Below are positions 42,615-52,984 of a DNA stretch of 64,000 nt, one piece after another (positions within the stretch are counted from its first letter, which is position 1; the number at the start of each line of letters is the position of its first letter). The position numbers and the translations under genes are program-made. Source of the DNA: Porphyridium purpureum (taxonomy: Eukaryota); NCBI GenBank assembly GCA_008690995.1, contig VRMN01000005.1, positions 62,001-126,000 on the forward strand, read 5' to 3'. Below the pieces are notes generated by a model, which did no database searches, was not told the origin of the DNA, and was given only the letters and a program-made list of their open reading frames with translations.

Positions 42615-43574
42615 TTACTCCTTCGAATGCCCTTTGCATACAGCTTCATTGAGTGTAGCTAGTTCCTTTGCCAATGCCTCGGTGAGGGGCATGTCGCAGT
42701 GCCATTGTCGGGCAAGACGCGGGGGCTCTAAGAAGATCTCCTGAATCTCGATGAGACGACCCAACTCAAGGTCCAGCAGTGTGCTCGGCTTATACGCCGG
42801 AAACGATAAAGTCAGCGAGACAATTCTCTCGGTCATATCGTCAGGAATGTCCGAACCGCATGCGCGTCCTGCGCGCACAACCTCGTGAATGAGCTCCTCG
42901 AGCTCAGGGCCATGTTCTTGGATGACTTGCATGGTGTCCTTCTTGTATTTGCAGCACAATCCGGCAAAGGGAATATTCCAGCATAGCTTTCTCCAGCGTG
43001 CCGTCGTGAGTTCCATGATTTCGCACGGCACGCTTGCCCGCGTCCACATTTCGTGGAGGCGCTCAAGGACGCACGTGTCTGAACGCTCGCGCAGACTCTG
43101 CGCGGCGAGCTTGACCGCACCTACGCCAAAATGATGCACAACTCCTGGCTCCACGCGACTTGCCGCGAGGTATGGAACTGCAGCCACCACAGCAACTTGC
43201 GGGAACATCTGCGCGAGCCGGTCTTCAACACCAATACCGTTCTGCATGACCAGAATGACCTGCGTGTGAGCGGTGACTACGGGCGCTAACGTGGCCCTGA
43301 GCGTGTCCTGCTCAGAAATAGTCTTTGTGGCCAGGATCACGACTGGCACTGCGAGGTGTGGCGGAACTACATCCGGTGACGCGTAAATGTGCGGGAGAAG
43401 CACATTCTGCACCGAGCCGTTTGAATACTTTATGGTAAGGCCGTTCTCCCGCACGGCGTCGTAGTCCGAGCGAAACACGAAATGCACTTCAACGCCCGAG
43501 TTCAGCAGCTGCATTCCATAGTAGCCTCCCACCGCTCCCGCGCCCACCACAACGACCTTGTCAAAGGCGGCCAT
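42615..43574 (-). CDS. panE: 2-dehydropantoate 2-reductase (PanE/ApbA family)
   Basis: VVGAGAVGGYYG, LATKT, MQNGIG.E, RWRKLCWNIPF.GL, YKPS.LLD...GR..EI. Confidence 0.9.
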   Translation of the reverse strand: MAAFDKVVVVGAGAVGGYYGMQLLNSGVEVHFVFRSDYDAVRENGLTIKYSNGSVQNVLLPHIYASPDVVPPHLAVPVVILATKTISEQDTLRATLAPVVTAHTQVILVMQNGIGVEDRLAQMFPQVAVVAAVPYLAASRVEPGVVHHFGVGAVKLAAQSLRERSDTCVLERLHEMWTRASVPCEIMELTTARWRKLCWNIPFAGLCCKYKKDTMQVIQEHGPELEELIHEVVRAGRACGSDIPDDMTERIVSLTLSFPAYKPSTLLDLELGRLIEIQEIFLEPPRLARQWHCDMPLTEALAKELATLNEAVCKGHSKE

Positions 43575-43696
43575 CCTCACTCACATCGTGAAACCACCAC
43601 TTCGAATCTGATCTCGAGATAAATGTCGACGCTTTTCAAGACTGGCGATGGATCCCGTGGCGGAAGGTTGTGTGTTCTGCCGATCGTGGGTCGCTT

Positions 43697-44575
43697 ATGA
43701 TGGCATTCTCGTGGAGTGTACTTGCACTAGCACGCGTGCGGCCGCATGGCCACGGGGCTTGCATGATGAGACCCTGTGGAATGCGGGCACAAAGTGTGAA
43801 GTTTGTGAGAAGGGCAGCTCGCGCACCGAACGCTGGAGCAGTATTCTTCGACAAGGTTCCGGCGTACAATCCTTACGGTGACGACGACAGCAGCGACGAG
43901 GAGGAGGACGAGGATGCGGACAGCGGAAATGGTGGGATTGGTGGTGGAAAGTCCTCCGGAAGAGGCAAGGGCGGCGATAGCGGCGGGCAAGGAGGCGGTG
44001 GCGATTTTGGTGGATCAGATTCGTCATCGCCGCTTGAAAAGCTCATGGCGTGGTACGCGGCTTGCGTGCGCGACAAGCCGCTGCTGACAAAGGTGTCTGT
44101 GGCTCTGGTTCTGAATATGATTGGTGATATTCTTGCGCAGTATCTCACGCGAGATTCTGGTCCAAGCTCGGGTCGGGGTTCCTTCCGGTTGAACCTCAGG
44201 CGGACGTTAGAGGTCGGGCTTATAGCTGCAGTTGTGATTGCCCCAAATCTTCATGGATGGTACTTGTTTCTGAACCGAGCAATTCCATCGGGCAATGTGG
44301 TGCAGATGGTGCTGCTTGATCAGCTCGTTTTTGCCCCATACTTGAACAGCGCGTTCATGCTGGCTCTAGGTGCTCTCAACGGTAAAAAGCCTGCACAAAT
44401 CCGAAGGACAATCAAGGATCGTTTGTGGCCAACCATGCTGATGAATTGGCAGCTCTGGCCCGCAGCTCAAGCGCTCAATTTCATGTTTGTACCACCGGAC
44501 TTCCAGGTGCTCTGTGTGAACCTGACCGCGTTTGTATGGAGTGTGCTGCTAAGCTATTCGGCGCATGCAGCATAA
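43697..44575 (+). CDS. Mpv17/PMP22 family membrane protein, probably plastid-targeted
   Basis: WY......PLLTK, IGDILAQ, LLDQLVFAP and W.LWP.AQALNF.FVP, after an MMAF start and a Gly-rich linker. Confidence 0.9.
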   Translation: MMAFSWSVLALARVRPHGHGACMMRPCGMRAQSVKFVRRAARAPNAGAVFFDKVPAYNPYGDDDSSDEEEDEDADSGNGGIGGGKSSGRGKGGDSGGQGGGGDFGGSDSSSPLEKLMAWYAACVRDKPLLTKVSVALVLNMIGDILAQYLTRDSGPSSGRGSFRLNLRRTLEVGLIAAVVIAPNLHGWYLFLNRAIPSGNVVQMVLLDQLVFAPYLNSAFMLALGALNGKKPAQIRRTIKDRLWPTMLMNWQLWPAAQALNFMFVPPDFQVLCVNLTAFVWSVLLSYSAHAA

Positions 44576-44897
44576 GATCATAAGAGGCGTCCATGGAAGG
44601 CGCTTTCTCTCATGTGGGCGCCACCCATGCTGACGCACACTTTGGAACCGCGTCTTGGACGCCATGATATTCCGGATCCTTCAGACGATGTTGACGCGCC
44701 CGGAAGAACGCAAGCAAACTTTTCCGCACCTCTGCCGTGTACGGCTGGGCTGCATACGCTTAAACGTACGATCGTTCTGGAATTTTCCCGCAAACGCACC
44801 CGAGGCGACTCTGCCGAAAGAGTACGATGAAGACTTCAGTCGTTTAGTTTTAGTGAATTAATAGAACCTTGTCGACGTGCATAAAGCCGATTATGAC

Positions 44898-45728
44898 TCA
44901 TAACGAGGATGAGCGTGCGGCAGACGGCGAAAGTGCGGGACTGTTGCTTTCTGTACTTGCTCTTGAGAAGGCCGGAAGCGCTCCGAGCTTGTTCAGCGGG
45001 AAGCAGCGAAGCATTGGGCGGCCGATCAGAAGGTCTTCAGATACAAAGCCAAAGTACCTTGAGTCAACCGACCTGCACTCGTTGTCGCCGAGCACAAAGA
45101 AGTATCCGTGTGGCACTGTGACCGGCCCGTACTCCAGCGCGGCGTCTGCGCTCTCAACAAACTTTGAATTAATAAGCACCTGACCGTGCGTCACATGGAC
45201 CACATCACCGCCAGACGCTGCGACGCGCTTCACAAAGGTGTCCTTGTATTGTACATGACCGCCCAGCTTGTGCACTTGATTCACGAGTTCCTCGGGTGGG
45301 TGGAAAAGCACAATTTCGTTGTTTTGCGGCGGCCGCACATGAATGGACAACTTTTCCACAAGAAGACCGTCTCCAGCGTTCAAGGTGGGCACCATGGAAG
45401 TCGTCGGTATAGCGTACACTGACGCGACCTGCGCGCCAAACAAACAGAACAAGCCCAGCGCCACGAGGTTCCCGATCAAAGTGGCGGCGGCGAATGCAAC
45501 CAGATCCCTGCGCTGTTCGTCGGTCCACGGTTCATGTTCAGCCTGAGAACGCTCTCCTCGAGTTCGTGCCACAATCAGCTGACAAGGTCCAACACGCGAG
45601 CCTCTCCGCGCAGCCGCTCCAAACGCGGGTGCGGCTCGCGCGAGCGGCGAAGCGGGAGTGCGAATCCTACGCGGAGGCCCCGGTGAGCTACCCACGAATG
45701 CAGTGTGGGCCGAGTAGAGTCGCGCCAT
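44898..45728 (-). CDS. Type I signal peptidase (thylakoidal processing peptidase-like)
   Basis: IP..SMVPTL..GD.LLVEK, FVKRV.A..GD.V and FVLGDN...S.DSRYFG, after a transit-like N-terminus. ATG at 45728. Confidence 0.9.
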   Translation of the reverse strand: MARLYSAHTAFVGSSPGPPRRIRTPASPLARAAPAFGAAARRGSRVGPCQLIVARTRGERSQAEHEPWTDEQRRDLVAFAAATLIGNLVALGLFCLFGAQVASVYAIPTTSMVPTLNAGDGLLVEKLSIHVRPPQNNEIVLFHPPEELVNQVHKLGGHVQYKDTFVKRVAASGGDVVHVTHGQVLINSKFVESADAALEYGPVTVPHGYFFVLGDNECRSVDSRYFGFVSEDLLIGRPMLRCFPLNKLGALPAFSRASTESNSPALSPSAARSSSL

Positions 45729-46013
45729 AGCACTTCCTCCTTGACTTTGTTTCGACAAAAATTATCCCGCTAACGGTGGCCCCTTACGGATGAAAACTTC
45801 CGTTTGATGATTCAGTACTGAAACCTGACCGTTTTATTATGAATGAAGCACGTGTGCGAGTCTACAACGTCCGCGCGCCTGCTGGGAACAAGCCCTGCCG
45901 AAACACAACAAGAATGGCCTCGGACAGCACGTAAGCTGTGGACATTATCTTCTTGCGAGCCTTCTCGTGCGCGGCAAACGATGCGGTCGCTGTGCGCCGA
46001 GCGAGCCAGACAC

Positions 46014-46379
46014 TTATTTCTTGTTCACCTTCTGGATGAAGGCGGCGGTGTGCGCACCCCAGCTGATGGGGAGCAGCAGCGAGCCGACCACGTACTGCGG
46101 GTTGATCGACTCCGGGGTCAGCGGGGTGATGAGGTTCGACTTGGCCACCGAGGTCACGCCAATGGCAAAGCAGGCAATCGAGATCAGCACGTACAGCGCG
46201 GACGGGATGTTCTTGCCCAGACCCAGAACCTCCGAGCTCGGGTAGTTATCAGCCATTTTGACCACCACGCTTCGCTTGTTGGCTGTTGACGCAGCGACCA
46301 CGCGGCGCGACGCGACCGCCTTTCCGGAGAACGCCACCTTGGCGCCTCCTCCAAGAGCTGCTCCATTAATGAACGCCAT
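46014..46379 (-). CDS. psaR: Small two-TM thylakoid protein, probably photosystem I subunit PsaR (Psa28)
   Basis: MAFI transit peptide, GKNIPSALY, two TM helices and SWGAH.AAFIQK.N.K, recalled from red-lineage PsaR/Psa28. Strong C/G-ending codon bias suggests high expression. Confidence 0.65.
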   Translation of the reverse strand: MAFINGAALGGGAKVAFSGKAVASRRVVAASTANKRSVVVKMADNYPSSEVLGLGKNIPSALYVLISIACFAIGVTSVAKSNLITPLTPESINPQYVVGSLLLPISWGAHTAAFIQKVNKK

Positions 46380-46699
46380 CTTCCGCCTCGATTTTTCCTT
46401 CTTCAACCTTCCTCACTGCTCTAGCCTACTCACTCGACGCACTTTCTCCTACGGTTCCAAGCGTCACCACCTAGCTGCCACGAGGCTACCACAGCTTTAA
46501 AGCCGTTCTGCGCGCATCACGCAGAGCCGTGTGCGCCAGTCACCACCGCCAGCGCGTGCGTGCCTGCTCTCGCGCTGAGAGAGCGCGCAGCGCGCAGGAT
46601 CACAAAATGGGCCGTTCCTCGTAGCACGCGCGCCGCAACGGCAGCTCTCAGAGCGTGCGTGCGCTACCGCACCTCGCACGCACGCAATTAGGGTTTGCG

Positions 46700-47068
46700 C
46701 TCACCTCGGGCAAATCTCCCGGAATTGGCATTGCTTGGTCATCTCGTATTGACACGCTCGAGTACAGCGCCATGTACAGCGGCGACAAGCCACGGGAAGG
46801 CGATGGAGAGCGGTCCGGGATGAATGTCCTGCGCGGGATGCTGTTTGCAAGGTCCCGCACACACGCGCTCAGTCTGCGAGGTGGATGAGGTTTGGCATCC
46901 GCACGCACGAAACCTTCAGCACGCTCGCGTGCCTTTGTTTCCGTCGTCGCCGCTTTGAGAATCGTACTGATCGTGATCGTCCAACCAAAAGAGCACGGCT
47001 TTGTATCTCGGGGCCTGTGCAAGTCAGCTGAATTAGTGCGATCTAGATTCGTGGCGTGCTTCACATAG
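46700..47068 (+). ncRNA. Candidate structured non-coding RNA ending in hairpin + ACA
   Basis: Long-range stem AGCGGCGAC/GTCGCCGCT enclosing several hairpins; terminal hairpin GAGCACG/CGTGCTT followed by ACA (47063-65); no credible ORF. Confidence 0.4.
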
Positions 47069-47165
47069 GTGCGCGCCTCAACGCGCTGTGACTTGCCTCT
47101 GCACGTTCCGGGCCCACGTTCCGGGCCCAAGTCCCGGCCCGCCGCACCGCGGCTCAGGGCGCTCA

Positions 47166-48203
47166 CTATGTTTCGACTTTTACGAGAATTGAGGGAAAGT
47201 CGCTCGGAACAATCTCCTTGGTGTATTCTTGCACTGTGCGATACGTCTGTCGCACGGTCGCCTCTGCGACCCCGGCCACCCCGCCTATTTCCTTGGGAGT
47301 CTTTTTCCGGTGCTCAGGGTCCCTGCTAATTTGGCACACAAGGTACAGGCACGCGGCAATGATCGAGTTTGGCTGCTTGCCGTACACGCCGTCGCGCTCC
47401 CTGACTTTTTCATACACGTGCAGCGCGGCGTTACTCACACTGGGAGGCAAGCTTAAGCGATTGCAGTAACGCGGAATGAAGTCTGAAGCACTGGAAGGCT
47501 CTGCATGCCGCACTGATTTGCCAATATCGCGCTCAATCAGCTTCACGCGCGCGCCAATATTTTGCTTCGGCACCTTTGTCAGAGTCACAATTTCCTTGAA
47601 GCTCCGCGCGATCCCGTCGTCGCGAAAGGCAATCAAAAGAGCCGCCGCGATGATTTCGTTTGTCTCGTCCTCGGGCAGTGAGCGCGAGCGCGTCCCGTCT
47701 GGCTTTAGCGTCAGCACGTCATAGTACCGCTTGAAGATTTCCTCCGTGCGGTCGACGACGACTTTTGAGATTGAAAAATGCTCGGCGATTTGACCAATCT
47801 TGCTAAAGACGTCCATCAGATAACGATCACTGCTGCTGATTGCGTTGCGTTTCTGCGCGCGGTTGAGCCCGGCCGCTCTAAGCTCGTCGCGGATTTTTGT
47901 GGTCGGGCCGGACTCGAGCAGCGGGTTTGCCGGACCTCCAACACGGTTCGGGTCCTGCCCGGGCTCGTCGCTGGTGAAAGTGCGCCACTCCGAGCCCAAG
48001 TCAACAATCTCCGCCTGCAGCACGAGCCCGCACCCGCGACACACCAGCGTCCCCTGCTTCCAGTCCTCCACAATATCGTCGCTGCCGCACTCTGTGCACT
48101 GCTCCGGCAAGTCCCGCTCCAGGCCCGGCGCGTGAATCATGATTGGAGCGCCCGCAACATTCGCGCCTGCGGGCGGCCGCAGCTTCGACGGCGACGCGTC
48201 CAT
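47166..48203 (-). CDS. TFIIB: Transcription initiation factor TFIIB
   Basis: Zn ribbon CTECG...G.LVC.GCGLVL, VD.GSEWRTF, DPNRVG, two cyclin folds (GKQPNSI.AA.LY; GVAEATVRQTY). Confidence 0.95.
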   Translation of the reverse strand: MDASPSKLRPPAGANVAGAPIMIHAPGLERDLPEQCTECGSDDIVEDWKQGTLVCRGCGLVLQAEIVDLGSEWRTFTSDEPGQDPNRVGGPANPLLESGPTTKIRDELRAAGLNRAQKRNAISSSDRYLMDVFSKIGQIAEHFSISKVVVDRTEEIFKRYYDVLTLKPDGTRSRSLPEDETNEIIAAALLIAFRDDGIARSFKEIVTLTKVPKQNIGARVKLIERDIGKSVRHAEPSSASDFIPRYCNRLSLPPSVSNAALHVYEKVRERDGVYGKQPNSIIAACLYLVCQISRDPEHRKKTPKEIGGVAGVAEATVRQTYRTVQEYTKEIVPSDFPSILVKVET

Positions 48204-48671
48204 CTTCTTTCCGCGGGGAGGAAACAGGCCCGACAAAGCCAACACTCGCCTCTTTGCGCCACTGATGTCTTCCCCCACCTTCAAATCCAGCAGGCTTCAA
48301 GTTGACGAAACTGCGTGTGGAACTGTACACGCGCTGTACTCCGTCCGAGCGAGCCCCTGCTAACAACTGTAAGCAGGGTGCTGGGTCGAGGTACAGTGAG
48401 GTTCAGTTCTCCGATGCGGCTGGGCTGCGGGTTCTCCATGAAGGGCGTGTCGCTCGAGCGCTTTGAGGAATCCGCAGTGCCGACCCGTCGCTCAGCACAG
48501 CTTGGACGCCGCCTGGGAGGCCTGCGCAGTCACGTATTCGCACAAGGGCACAGTCGCCGGGTTGCTGGGCGCGATCGACGCCAAAAGGCAAACAAGAGCG
48601 TCGGCGTTCATAAAAATATTCAGTCTTTTATACAAAACAGTCAGAGAGCTAATCAGCCGCGCCCGGCATGC

Positions 48672-49124
48672 TCACTGACAACATCTGACGAGTTGGTGTG
48701 ATGTGCATCTGGATGACTTTTCCCGGCACGACGTGATGGCATCCGCCACATGATAAAGGCACGCAGACAGTCCGGACTTCACGGTGAGACTTCGAAGACC
48801 AACAGGGTGCAGAAGCGAGCTGCGTGGCTCGTGCCATTCACTCGGTCTCACCTCGTCTGCGCATGAGGCAGAAGCGTCCATCCAGTCACCATCATCCTGC
48901 TCGTCCTCATCCTGCTCGGGAATCGGCTCCAGCGATGGTTGGAAGCGAGGCAGTCTCCGCGCAGTGCCCTGAACGGCAATTGAAAGCACGCCGAACTTGA
49001 TTTCGTTCTGCACGGCGCTGCTGATGCTGTCCTCACTCGACTCAGAGCGGCTGCGTACAGGGCCCCAGTCATCCTCTGTCTGTGCCCAGAATTCGCGCGA
49101 CATCTTGTAGTTTGACTGTTCCAT
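48672..49124 (-). CDS. Hypothetical small disordered protein
   Basis: ORF from ATG 49124, S/D/E-rich, containing LPRFQPSLEPIPE; purine-rich leader like neighbouring genes. Confidence 0.45.
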   Translation of the reverse strand: MEQSNYKMSREFWAQTEDDWGPVRSRSESSEDSISSAVQNEIKFGVLSIAVQGTARRLPRFQPSLEPIPEQDEDEQDDGDWMDASASCADEVRPSEWHEPRSSLLHPVGLRSLTVKSGLSACLYHVADAITSCREKSSRCTSHQLVRCCQ

Positions 49125-49825
49125 TTTCTCTCTCGTGCTCGTTCCCTGTCTATCAACAAGGATACGCGTACCGACTCGTTCGAAGCCCAAGGTTAGCTCG
49201 CTTCTTCTGCTGCGCTCGAGTCCTTTGTCTCACCGTCTACACTTTTACCACCAGAGACAGCGCAACAGGGCCTGGGCCTATTTATGGGCGCTGGCAAGCA
49301 TGGTGACGGATGAATTAGATATCTGAAATTCTAAGCATGCAAGTTGCATCGCACCCGCGACCTGTCCACGTTGAAAAAGCGATTTACCCGTTGAAGGCGA
49401 GTTCTCACAACTTCCAACTAGTGTTGAAGTACATTCGTGACGTGAGCTAACGACCAGTACTCGTTCGTGTGACAAAGTTGCTTCACAGTCGCTTTGGTTC
49501 CCGTTCGCTGTGCCCTCCACGTTCACCTGAACGCCGGAAAAAGCCAAGTGCTGAGCGTCGCCGAAAATGCGGAAATCAAATCATGATAGTTCACGGACAT
49601 TCACCATCTTGCTCCAACCCATAAACAAACGCCCACTCGCCACATTCATTTTCCATCAGCCTCGTACGATCTCGCTCGTTCATTCTGAGCAGGCCGAAAT
49701 GACCCCGAAAGCGAACGAGAATTTATTCGAAGAGGTGCAAGAAGAGAATGCAAGGTGATTGAGTTGGGGCTCCAATGCAAAGAGCACGTCAGTCTGATCG
49801 ACGCTTTCAAGGTTTATGAGACGAG

Positions 49826-52800
49826 CTACAGAACAGCCGGCGTGGAGTTAGTTGACTTCAGTTGGCTATTTTGGTCAGCCACGTTCGCCCGCGCGCGTGG
49901 AAGCCATTCGGTGTGACAGCGCGCGTTCTCCTTTTCGTGAGGCGTGCCAGTGTTCGTTGCAGTGGCAGAAGTGTTGTCATCATGCCGCGGATCGATAGAT
50001 GCTAGATCCTCCACCACGGCAACGTGTTGCCGAATCCATTGATTCGGGTGTCCACGATAGCGCGCGCAAACGTCTACGAGCTTATCCGTGAGCAAGCGAT
50101 CGAGCCTAGGTTGAAGCGTCGCATCACACCATGTCTGCCCAGTGCGTTCGAGGAGAACCGTCATGATGTGGAAAAGGACAAGCAGCGTTGTGTCATCGCA
50201 TTTCGGCTGCCTCGTTGCCATGTGTAGTGCATGGTCTAGGGCCCAATCCCGCACATGGGGCACTCCCAGCTGCAGGATGACGCGTAAAACTCGCCGCGCA
50301 AACAAGGCCGACACCCGGTATGTCGCTGCGCAACAAGGCACAAGCGCTTCATACAAGATGCGCTGCGTGTTTGAGAGATCAAAAGCATTCGGAGTTGCCA
50401 TCGCCGCGTCGCGCAGAATGCTCAGCGCAGAGCATCGCACGTCGTCATACATTGAGTGAAGATAGTCCGCGACGCGACGGATCGCGGCACGCAACTCCTC
50501 GGATCCGCTAGGACACGTTAGTAAGCATTCATTCAGCTCACGCAGGCCGGACAGCTCGTTTTTGCGCCGCTCCTCGCTTGCTTCAGACAGCTCGTAAAAT
50601 GCAACCGTTGGAAGCTCGGTCAACACCCCACGAACACACTCTGCTTCGCCTTCAACTTCCGTATGCCGGCTTTCGTGCACTGTTGTGATCAGCTGTTGCT
50701 CTTCCTCAAAAGCGGGCAGTCTCGCGCAAATCTGGTCATGTGGGCTGTATTGGCTGCTCGATCTCAACTCCTCCTGAATGAACTTGGCGCTTTCGTCAGC
50801 AAAGGTGGGCTGAGGATGATCTGCGTCTTCCGCGATCGGCCGACTTCTGCAGGCATCCAGGAGGATGGCAACATCTTCCTCGGCAAAGTGGCTCGCAGCG
50901 ATTGTAAACGTATTCGGAGGGATTACTCGCTCGAATAGCCGCACACACTGCAGAGCGGACGGATGAGCAGGCTGAACGCGAAGAATGGAGCTCATGATTC
51001 GAACAAAAGCGCTCAAAAAGGCAAGGCGGATTTCAAAGTCGTCCTGCGAAGCCCGCGCGAACGTGTCACTTAGTCGTTGTAGCACCGGCAGGCTCACATG
51101 CGGCTCCCGTTCCTGTACGTGCTCAAGTGCGCACAGCAGCACTGCCGCATGCTGCTCACTGCTAAGTGCTCGCTCCAGCGCACGCAAAGCGAGCTCTGCT
51201 TGTTCATCCGATCGGTTTTCATGGAGTTGCAGTAGCCAGCTTATTAGCCACGGATTATAAGCCAGATCACGCTGCAGATCAATGGGGCGATACAGGTGCG
51301 GACTTATGCAACGAAAGGCGGCCTGCAATACTTCTAGTGCGGCGTTTGTGACAGGCTCATCATCCTGACTGTGCCGAGCGAATGATCTTTGGTTTCGCAC
51401 GGCGCGCTCCAGAGTCTCAAACATGGTGTCCAAAGCATCCAGCTTCGTTTGTGGCTGGCCATACAGCAACTGGTCACGGACGAACTGCAAATGCTTTGCC
51501 GCTTCGTGCCTTTTCTGAATCGCACACGATGTTGCACGCAATGACGGTGCCATACTGGGGCTCAGCAAGCCTCCTGCCTGTTGAGAGTATGTCCCATCAA
51601 AGAACCTGGATGACGCCACGGAGGGTGTCAACCCGGACAAATGCTGATCATGACTTGTGCTCGTCAAAACGCGCGAGGCTCGTTGCAACTCTGAGCGCCG
51701 CGCCGATGACATAATGCGAGCGGGCGTTGGGTCGATTTCTACCTCTTGTACCGCTCGCATACTCTTTGGAAGTGACCGAGCGTCTTTGACTGGTACCGGT
51801 GTCATTTGCATTGTATCGATTGGACCTCCTGACACCGCGCTGCGGACAGCGGCAGTCTGCGCAGTTGGCGAACCCGAAGGGGCATTTACAGGAGACCGTA
51901 AAGGCGGGTGAAGACGCGTTGGATCCATTTGGACAGCGCTTCCAGCCGTTGAGTGCAAAGGCACCGTCCGGCTCACTCGCGTCGCTGCGTGCAGAGCACG
52001 TAAAGGAGGTTGCGCACTGCTTCGTACCCCGCTGGATGTTGTGCTGGCACGCGCAGCACCTCCGACCGCATTTCCAGATTGTTTCAATGAGGAGGTGGGC
52101 AGAGTATTTTGCGGCTGCACGATATCAGGCTTTGATGAGGCCACACTTTCGCTGCGAGTCGCTGTCTTAGCACCGCGTTCTTTCTCGATGTTTTTCTGCG
52201 TGGTAGAGTCGACACGATGCAATATGCGGTGCGCAGCACCTGGAAGGAGAGTCTCGAGTACAAGAAAGCTTGCTCTCGCGTTGCGACGAACTTGCTCGTC
52301 GGCATCGCTCAGCGCGGCCGTGAGCGCGTGCTCGATGTCTGGCAGTGCTATCTCGATCGCGCAGCCAGGCTGGTGTCTGAGCACATGTGCAATCAGCTCC
52401 GCAACGACGCGCTTCGTCCGGCCAACCACATCGCCGACCAGCAAAGGCTGCAGGAACGCAAGCAGCACACGGCTAGGTAATGGCGCAGCGAGCATAATTG
52501 AACGCAGCGCCTGGACAGCGCTGCTTGACATGACTTGTTTTGTAGCTCCGCTCTGCTTCAGCAAGGCAGGTATCAATGCATCGCCAAAGAGAGCGCCAAA
52601 CCACTCGTTGATGGTATCGTCCTGCGCAAAGGCAGCCACAATTTCACATGCTTCGCGCGCCAGCTGCGAGCGCAAGTCGACCGTCTGCGCGGCGACAGAT
52701 TCGCGCAGCGCGCGCGCGTGTGGAAAGATGTTGGCGAGGTGCGACACTCTCGCTGCGTCGTCCGCCTCAACTTTAGCACGCATCGCTGAGATATCCAAGG

Positions 52801-52984
52801 TTCCACGACCCAGCGTCGCCACAGAGCCTGGCGCGGTCCGTGTCAAGTGTGCGCACACATCACGCACCAGCCCTGTGCGCAACGCCTGCAGCGTTTGCGT
52901 GCGCCGCTTCCACTCCACGTCTTTTTGCAGCACACCCGCCGCTTGACTCAGCGCTTCATCCAGCTGGCGGCGTTGCGCTTCCAT
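49826..52984 (-). CDS. CLASP: CLASP-like TOG/HEAT microtubule-associated protein
   Basis: W..R...L..LR, DLRSQLAREAC, T.QVMSSSA and LSDADEQVR.NAR.SF (CLASP_N), an S/T/P/R linker and further HEAT helices. The start could be 52984 or 53059. Confidence 0.8.
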   Translation of the reverse strand: MEAQRRQLDEALSQAAGVLQKDVEWKRRTQTLQALRTGLVRDVCAHLTRTAPGSVATLGRGTLDISAMRAKVEADDAARVSHLANIFPHARALRESVAAQTVDLRSQLAREACEIVAAFAQDDTINEWFGALFGDALIPALLKQSGATKQVMSSSAVQALRSIMLAAPLPSRVLLAFLQPLLVGDVVGRTKRVVAELIAHVLRHQPGCAIEIALPDIEHALTAALSDADEQVRRNARASFLVLETLLPGAAHRILHRVDSTTQKNIEKERGAKTATRSESVASSKPDIVQPQNTLPTSSLKQSGNAVGGAARASTTSSGVRSSAQPPLRALHAATRVSRTVPLHSTAGSAVQMDPTRLHPPLRSPVNAPSGSPTAQTAAVRSAVSGGPIDTMQMTPVPVKDARSLPKSMRAVQEVEIDPTPARIMSSARRSELQRASRVLTSTSHDQHLSGLTPSVASSRFFDGTYSQQAGGLLSPSMAPSLRATSCAIQKRHEAAKHLQFVRDQLLYGQPQTKLDALDTMFETLERAVRNQRSFARHSQDDEPVTNAALEVLQAAFRCISPHLYRPIDLQRDLAYNPWLISWLLQLHENRSDEQAELALRALERALSSEQHAAVLLCALEHVQEREPHVSLPVLQRLSDTFARASQDDFEIRLAFLSAFVRIMSSILRVQPAHPSALQCVRLFERVIPPNTFTIAASHFAEEDVAILLDACRSRPIAEDADHPQPTFADESAKFIQEELRSSSQYSPHDQICARLPAFEEEQQLITTVHESRHTEVEGEAECVRGVLTELPTVAFYELSEASEERRKNELSGLRELNECLLTCPSGSEELRAAIRRVADYLHSMYDDVRCSALSILRDAAMATPNAFDLSNTQRILYEALVPCCAATYRVSALFARRVLRVILQLGVPHVRDWALDHALHMATRQPKCDDTTLLVLFHIMTVLLERTGQTWCDATLQPRLDRLLTDKLVDVCARYRGHPNQWIRQHVAVVEDLASIDPRHDDNTSATATNTGTPHEKENARCHTEWLPRARANVADQNSQLKSTNSTPAVL

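Noticed and set aside
46688..46696. Telomerase RNA template
   Set aside because: The G-rich strand is on the same strand as the candidate RNA, the wrong polarity for a template. It is better explained as a telo-box.
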